Shown here: one piece after another, positions 60,170-64,000 of the stretch
Layout of the letters: every line of letters begins with the position of its first letter
How positions within the stretch are numbered: the first letter of the stretch is position 1
From: Minisyncoccota bacterium
GTDB lineage: Bacteria > Patescibacteriota > Minisyncoccia > Minisyncoccales > JAGOPM01
Assembly: GCA_041651395.1 (NCBI GenBank)
Contig: JBAZJI010000002.1
Coordinates: forward strand, 13,010 to 77,009
Direction of reading: 5' to 3'
Length of the DNA: 64,000 nt
Notes under the pieces: model-generated
Databases searched by the model: none
What the model saw: the letters and a program-made list of their open reading frames with translations, nothing else
Told to the model about the DNA's origin: nothing
Program-made: the position numbers and the translations under genes

Positions 60170-60501
60170 CTAAGAAAAAGAAAGTGATTGTACCAAAACC
60201 AGAAGCGGTAGAAGATGGGTACAATGAGGGCGATTATGGTTTTGTGAAGGTTTCATACAATGGCGACTTAACCATTAAGGTAAATGGATGTAAGACGGGG
60301 AATCGGTATCTATTCGGTAAGGGGTCGGTAAGATCAGTTGATTATGGGGATGCTCAGTGTTTGTTCGATCTAATGCCGGGCGCTTTCCAAGAAGTTGTAG
60401 AAGTTGTAAAAAAAGCGGCAAAGAAAGCTATACCAGTTGTTGAGAGTTTAGAAGATGGCATTAAAACCGATAATTCCGAGAGTGAATATATCCCAAGCTG
60501 A
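60145..60501 (+). CDS. hypothetical protein
   Basis: 118-aa ORF. Confidence 0.5.
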   Translation: MACCGQRITKKKKVIVPKPEAVEDGYNEGDYGFVKVSYNGDLTIKVNGCKTGNRYLFGKGSVRSVDYGDAQCLFDLMPGAFQEVVEVVKKAAKKAIPVVESLEDGIKTDNSESEYIPS

Positions 60502-60934
60502 CTTTAATAAGCGCATTGAAGCGCAAATGAAGAAGTTTGTTGATTTGGTGCATAGCGACTTTCAGTTGACGGTTAGGACTTGGAAGAATTCTGGCAGGTT
60601 GTTTTCAAAGACGGTAAAAGCTGGTGTGAAAATTACTAGGGGAGAAGTTTTAACTGGAAGCAAAAAGTACTCTTATGTAAACGATGGAACTAAAGCTCAT
60701 TATATTGCGCCGGTTAGATCAAGGTTTTTGAGGTTCAAAAGTGGGTACACGCCCAAAACACAACCTGGAAATATTATGTCTAGGAACGGCGGTTCGTCTG
60801 GGAATTATGTGTACTCAAAAGGGCACTGGGTTAAGGGTATTCAGGCAAGGCGTTTCGATAAAGAGATTAAGAATCTAAGAGAAAAAGACTTTTTAACGAT
60901 TATGGAAAAAGCGCTTTTTGTTGAAGAGAAATAA
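60455..60934 (+). CDS. hypothetical neck/tail-completion-like protein
   Basis: 159 aa; position upstream of the putative tail tube gene. Confidence 0.45.
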   Translation: MALKPIIPRVNISQADFNKRIEAQMKKFVDLVHSDFQLTVRTWKNSGRLFSKTVKAGVKITRGEVLTGSKKYSYVNDGTKAHYIAPVRSRFLRFKSGYTPKTQPGNIMSRNGGSSGNYVYSKGHWVKGIQARRFDKEIKNLREKDFLTIMEKALFVEEK

Positions 60935-60949
60935 GCGGAGGTTTAAGGT

Positions 60950-61468
60950 ATGAGTGCAAATGAAGTTCATTTTACCGGGGGACAAGGGGCGGTTTGGTTA
61001 CAGCCCGATGGGCCGGGGACTGATATGGTGTTTTTAGGGTGTCACGAGGTGGCTTCGGTTGAAGAGCCGTTAGGGGATTATAATCCGTTCTTCTGTCCTG
61101 ACCCGTCACAACCTAAAAATTGGATAGCAACCGGAGAAGTTTATAATCCGCCTGAAGCGGTTACAACTTCGATTGTAGAAGATATTTTAGGTACACTGGC
61201 ATATTTGGAAAAACAATTATGTCCATTCGCGCTTTATATTAATATGGTGTGTGGCGGACGTAAAGATGTTTTTACAAACTATGAGAGAACATTTGTTTTG
61301 GATGTAAGAAGGATTACGTCAAGAACTTATGACAATGTGGCGATGCGTGACACCGATGATCGTGGTACGATTACACACGAAATTAGCGCTGCTCCTCCAC
61401 TAATTAAAGTGGTTAAAGTTGCCGGTTTTGATCAAACTTTGCCGGATTCGGCTTTTACGCCAGCATAA
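60950..61468 (+). CDS. putative major tail (tube) protein
   Basis: 172 aa, SD ggaggt, upstream of chaperone and tape measure; position only. Confidence 0.4.
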   Translation: MSANEVHFTGGQGAVWLQPDGPGTDMVFLGCHEVASVEEPLGDYNPFFCPDPSQPKNWIATGEVYNPPEAVTTSIVEDILGTLAYLEKQLCPFALYINMVCGGRKDVFTNYERTFVLDVRRITSRTYDNVAMRDTDDRGTITHEISAAPPLIKVVKVAGFDQTLPDSAFTPA

Positions 61469-61482
61469 GGGGATTATAAATT

Positions 61483-62454
61483 ATGGCTACTACACAAGTT
61501 GCAGTGAATGATATTTGGGTTTGTAAAGATCAAAGATGCGCCGGGCAATGTGACGATAAGGTTGGACTTTGTCAGTATTTAATTTATGGATGCGACGCCC
61601 CAGATCCTACTTTTACCGCAGATTTAGCACATACAGCCGATGGCGGCGCTACTTGGACAAATTCTGTTGACTATCCGTTTGCAAACGGTGAAAACATAAT
61701 GAGCGTTGGTTGTTTCGCGCTTGACAACACCGTTACCAGATGGCTTGCCGTAAGAGGCGCAGAGGTGGCACCGGCTAATCCTTTGGAGATTGCTTATAGT
61801 GACGATGGCGGCGCAAGTTGGACAAATGTAGATGTAGAAGCAGCTGGCACAAGATATGCAACCGATTCTGGAGCGTTGTTTGTACTAAATTCTAAAAATA
61901 TTTGGTTAGCGTCTAGCGGCGGTTATATTTTCTTTAGTTCAGATGGCGGTATTACCTGGACACAGCAAGAAGACGGAACGGTTACAGCGGGCAACTATAA
62001 CGCAATTATGTTTGCAAATGAAAATGATGGTTTTGCGGTTGCGGATACCGGTATTGTAGTAAGAACGGTTGACGGGGGCTTGTCTTGGACTGCCGTGACT
62101 GCAATAACCGCAGTTCCAAATGTTTTATGTGTTTACGTTTTCAATAAGGATGAAGCATTAGTTGGAACGGCAACCGGCGAAATTTGGCGAACTTGGGACG
62201 GGGGTACAACTTGGACTCAAGTTTATACCAGTGCAGATTCTATCAATGATATAGATTTTGCAAATAAGTATGTCGGTTTCGCGATTGCAGACGATACTGT
62301 TCTTAGAACTAGAAACGGCGGAGAGGACTGGGAAACCGTATCTGGCACAACGGTTACTACCGAACTAAATGCCGTTGTAGCTTGTGACGAAAACACGGCT
62401 TACGCCGTTGGTGAAGATGCCGTTGGGGTTGGCATTGTTATAAAAATTTCATAG
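61483..62454 (+). CDS. BNR/Asp-box repeat beta-propeller protein
   Basis: Six spaced repeats: TADGGATWT, SDDGGASWT, SSDGGITWT, TVDGGLSWT, TWDGGTTWT, TRNGGEDWE. Confidence 0.7.
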   Translation: MATTQVAVNDIWVCKDQRCAGQCDDKVGLCQYLIYGCDAPDPTFTADLAHTADGGATWTNSVDYPFANGENIMSVGCFALDNTVTRWLAVRGAEVAPANPLEIAYSDDGGASWTNVDVEAAGTRYATDSGALFVLNSKNIWLASSGGYIFFSSDGGITWTQQEDGTVTAGNYNAIMFANENDGFAVADTGIVVRTVDGGLSWTAVTAITAVPNVLCVYVFNKDEALVGTATGEIWRTWDGGTTWTQVYTSADSINDIDFANKYVGFAIADDTVLRTRNGGEDWETVSGTTVTTELNAVVACDENTAYAVGEDAVGVGIVIKIS

Positions 62455-62536
62455 ATAGCGTGTCTGTACAAGGTCAGTTGATTTTAGTTTACTCCTTTAC
62501 AGAATCAACTGACCTTGTTTACAAAAGGAGAACAAA

Positions 62537-63028
62537 GTGTATAAAGCGGTAAGTGTAATTCAATTACAGAAGATAGCAGAAAGTATTAAAGAAAAGTACA
62601 AGCCGGTTAAACCGACTTATACGGTGACTTTAGCCGGGGGCGCAAAGCAAATCTACGAGTATGATGAAAAGTCAATAGAGGACGTTGCCACTCCGCAAGA
62701 AGATAAAGAAAAGTGGGCAGAATATAAGAAGCAGCTAGAATTGATGCAAACAGAAGTTAATGAAAAAACTACTGCCTATTTATTCTATGACGGTATAGAA
62801 TGCGAAATATCGGACGAATGGCTAGAAATGCAATCTTGGTTAGGGATTGAAGTTCCAGATAATAAATTTGATGTAAAAGTTAGATACATTACAACGTATC
62901 TATTGAAAACGCCCGAACAGATAAAGGGCGCAATTGCCGAGATTATGCGCTTGAGTATTAAGGGGGTAGATCAATCCGCTGTAAAAGCAGCGGAGGGCAC
63001 GTTTTCAAGTCTCGTACAGAACCAGTGA
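62537..63028 (+). CDS. putative tail assembly chaperone (upstream frame)
   Basis: 163 aa, GTG start after AAAGGAG, directly before the tape measure gene. Confidence 0.45.
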   Translation: MYKAVSVIQLQKIAESIKEKYKPVKPTYTVTLAGGAKQIYEYDEKSIEDVATPQEDKEKWAEYKKQLELMQTEVNEKTTAYLFYDGIECEISDEWLEMQSWLGIEVPDNKFDVKVRYITTYLLKTPEQIKGAIAEIMRLSIKGVDQSAVKAAEGTFSSLVQNQ

Positions 63029-63299
63029 AAAACTAATACCCATAGGGGAACTTACCGATTGGGATAAACGCAAGTCAAATTGGGTATACAGTAAAAGATT
63101 CTATGAATTACAGGTTGCCAACTTTTGGAATATAACACCGGGCGAATGGGACAGACTAGAATCAGAAGACGAAAAAGCTGAAATGATTGCCGTGTTCAAT
63201 ATGAAAAATATGATGGCCGATTACGAGTCTTATTTAAGGGAAAGAGAATTTGCCAGAAAAGATAGGTCTAATAGCAATATTCGACACAAGCCAGTTTAA
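62985..63299 (+). CDS. start-less ORF in +1 frame overlapping the chaperone 3' end; candidate frameshift extension
   Basis: Open from 62985 to TAA 63297-63299 with no usable start before 63180; hand translation ...TSEKLIPIGELTDWDKRKSNWVYSKRFYELQVANFWNITPGEWDRLESEDEKAEMIAVFNMKNMMADYESYLREREFARKDRSNSNIRHKPV*. Confidence 0.4.
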   Translation, partial: KQRRARFQVSYRTSEKLIPIGELTDWDKRKSNWVYSKRFYELQVANFWNITPGEWDRLESEDEKAEMIAVFNMKNMMADYESYLREREFARKDRSNSNIRHKPV

Positions 63300-64000
63300 T
63301 AAGGGTCTAAATGATTATTTAGGCGGTGTTGGAAAAGCAACCGATGCAACTAATAAAGCATCGGACGGCGCTTTCAGTTGGACTAGAGCGCTAGAAGTTG
63401 CCGTGGGGAATGCGTTAGTAGAAGTTGGAAAACTGGCATTAGAAGCTGGTAAAGCTATTTATAATTTTGGCGCAGAATCGGTAACAATGGCAACCGACTT
63501 TCAAACAAGTATGGTAGAGTTGCGAAACGCTGCTGGCGATTCTGGATTGAGCATAGATGATCTTGGAAACTTAGCTCTTAGAGTTGGTGGCGATACAAAG
63601 GTATTGGGAGCAAGCGCAACCGGTGCAGCCGATGCTATGATTAACCTGTATAAAGCGGGTTTACAGGATAATGCTATTTTTGGCGATATGCAAGGATACC
63701 TAGCAGGTACAGCTGATTTGGGCGGGTTGTTAAAGGCGTCATTCGATTTGGCAGCGGCTTCTGAATTGGATGTTGCGCAGGCTTCGGAGTTGGGTGTTGT
63801 TGCTCTATCTATTTTTGGAAATGAGTTAGAAACAGACGCAGAAAAAGGTCAGTTCGCCGCCGATTCTTTAGATAACATTGTTAAGGCGGCCAATGCTTCT
63901 AATGCTAGTGTAAGTGACATTTCGGCGGCTTTAGCTTATGCTGGTCCTAACGCAGCAGCTTTTGGTGTAAGTCTTGAAGATACTAATGTTGCTTTAGCTT
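63250..64000 (+). CDS. tail tape measure protein, N-terminal part (runs off window)
   Basis: Hand translation from TTG 63250: LPEKIGLIAIFDTSQFNKGLNDYLGGVGKATDATNKASDGAFSWTRALEVAVGNALVEVGKLALEAGKAIYNFGAESVTMATDFQTSMVELRNAAG..., typical TP901-type core; open to 64000. Confidence 0.7.
   Translation, partial: MPEKIGLIAIFDTSQFNKGLNDYLGGVGKATDATNKASDGAFSWTRALEVAVGNALVEVGKLALEAGKAIYNFGAESVTMATDFQTSMVELRNAAGDSGLSIDDLGNLALRVGGDTKVLGASATGAADAMINLYKAGLQDNAIFGDMQGYLAGTADLGGLLKASFDLAAASELDVAQASELGVVALSIFGNELETDAEKGQFAADSLDNIVKAANASNASVSDISAALAYAGPNAAAFGVSLEDTNVALA

Overview
This window reads as part of a tailed dsDNA phage genome. It is AT-rich, has AAGGAG-type ribosome binding sites and many TTGACA / TGnTATAAT promoters. 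All calls come from reading the sequence and ORF track by eye; no BLAST, HMM, tRNAscan or folding software was run, so family names rest on motifs I could see.

Layout:
- **1-12.9 kb (minus strand):** replication, recombination and nucleotide metabolism. Includes a DnaN-like clamp, an SNF2-helicase/amino-methyltransferase fusion, ThyX, dCTP deaminase, a UvrD-like helicase, two YopX paralogs and an AAA_24-like ATPase.
- **13.1-16.4 kb (plus):** small membrane and coiled-coil proteins, possibly lysis-related.
- **16.7-19.4 kb:** small genes, a metallophosphoesterase and a T5orf172-like protein.
- **19.5-21.6 kb:** terminase genes.
- **21.8-23.4 kb (minus):** an operon of 8 tRNA or tRNA-like genes that also contains unassigned structured RNA.
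- **23.5-25.4 kb:** an HNH endonuclease and a D5/P4-type SF3 helicase, followed by an iteron-like AT-rich region.
- **26.3-38.4 kb:** portal, anaerobic ribonucleotide reductase NrdD interrupted by a LAGLIDADG intein, a scaffold-like protein and the putative major capsid protein.
- **38.4-41.3 kb (minus):** a tandem-HNH endonuclease and a repeat protein.
- **41.5-52.1 kb:** a glycosyltransferase, epimerase and methyltransferase island.
- **52-64 kb:** neck and tail genes, including a BNR propeller, a chaperone with a non-canonical frameshift and the tape measure protein.

Most notable observation: at 55.9-57.3 kb, an intact TnpB-type RuvC nuclease of about 380 aa is followed 158 nt downstream by two identical 29-nt hairpin repeats separated by a 32-nt unique spacer. 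This could be a hypercompact type V-like or proto-CRISPR locus carried by a phage.

Several conserved regulatory DNA families also recur across the window: palindromic operators, composite upstream modules, two promoter cassette classes, and a pair of about 110-bp inverted elements 30 kb apart.
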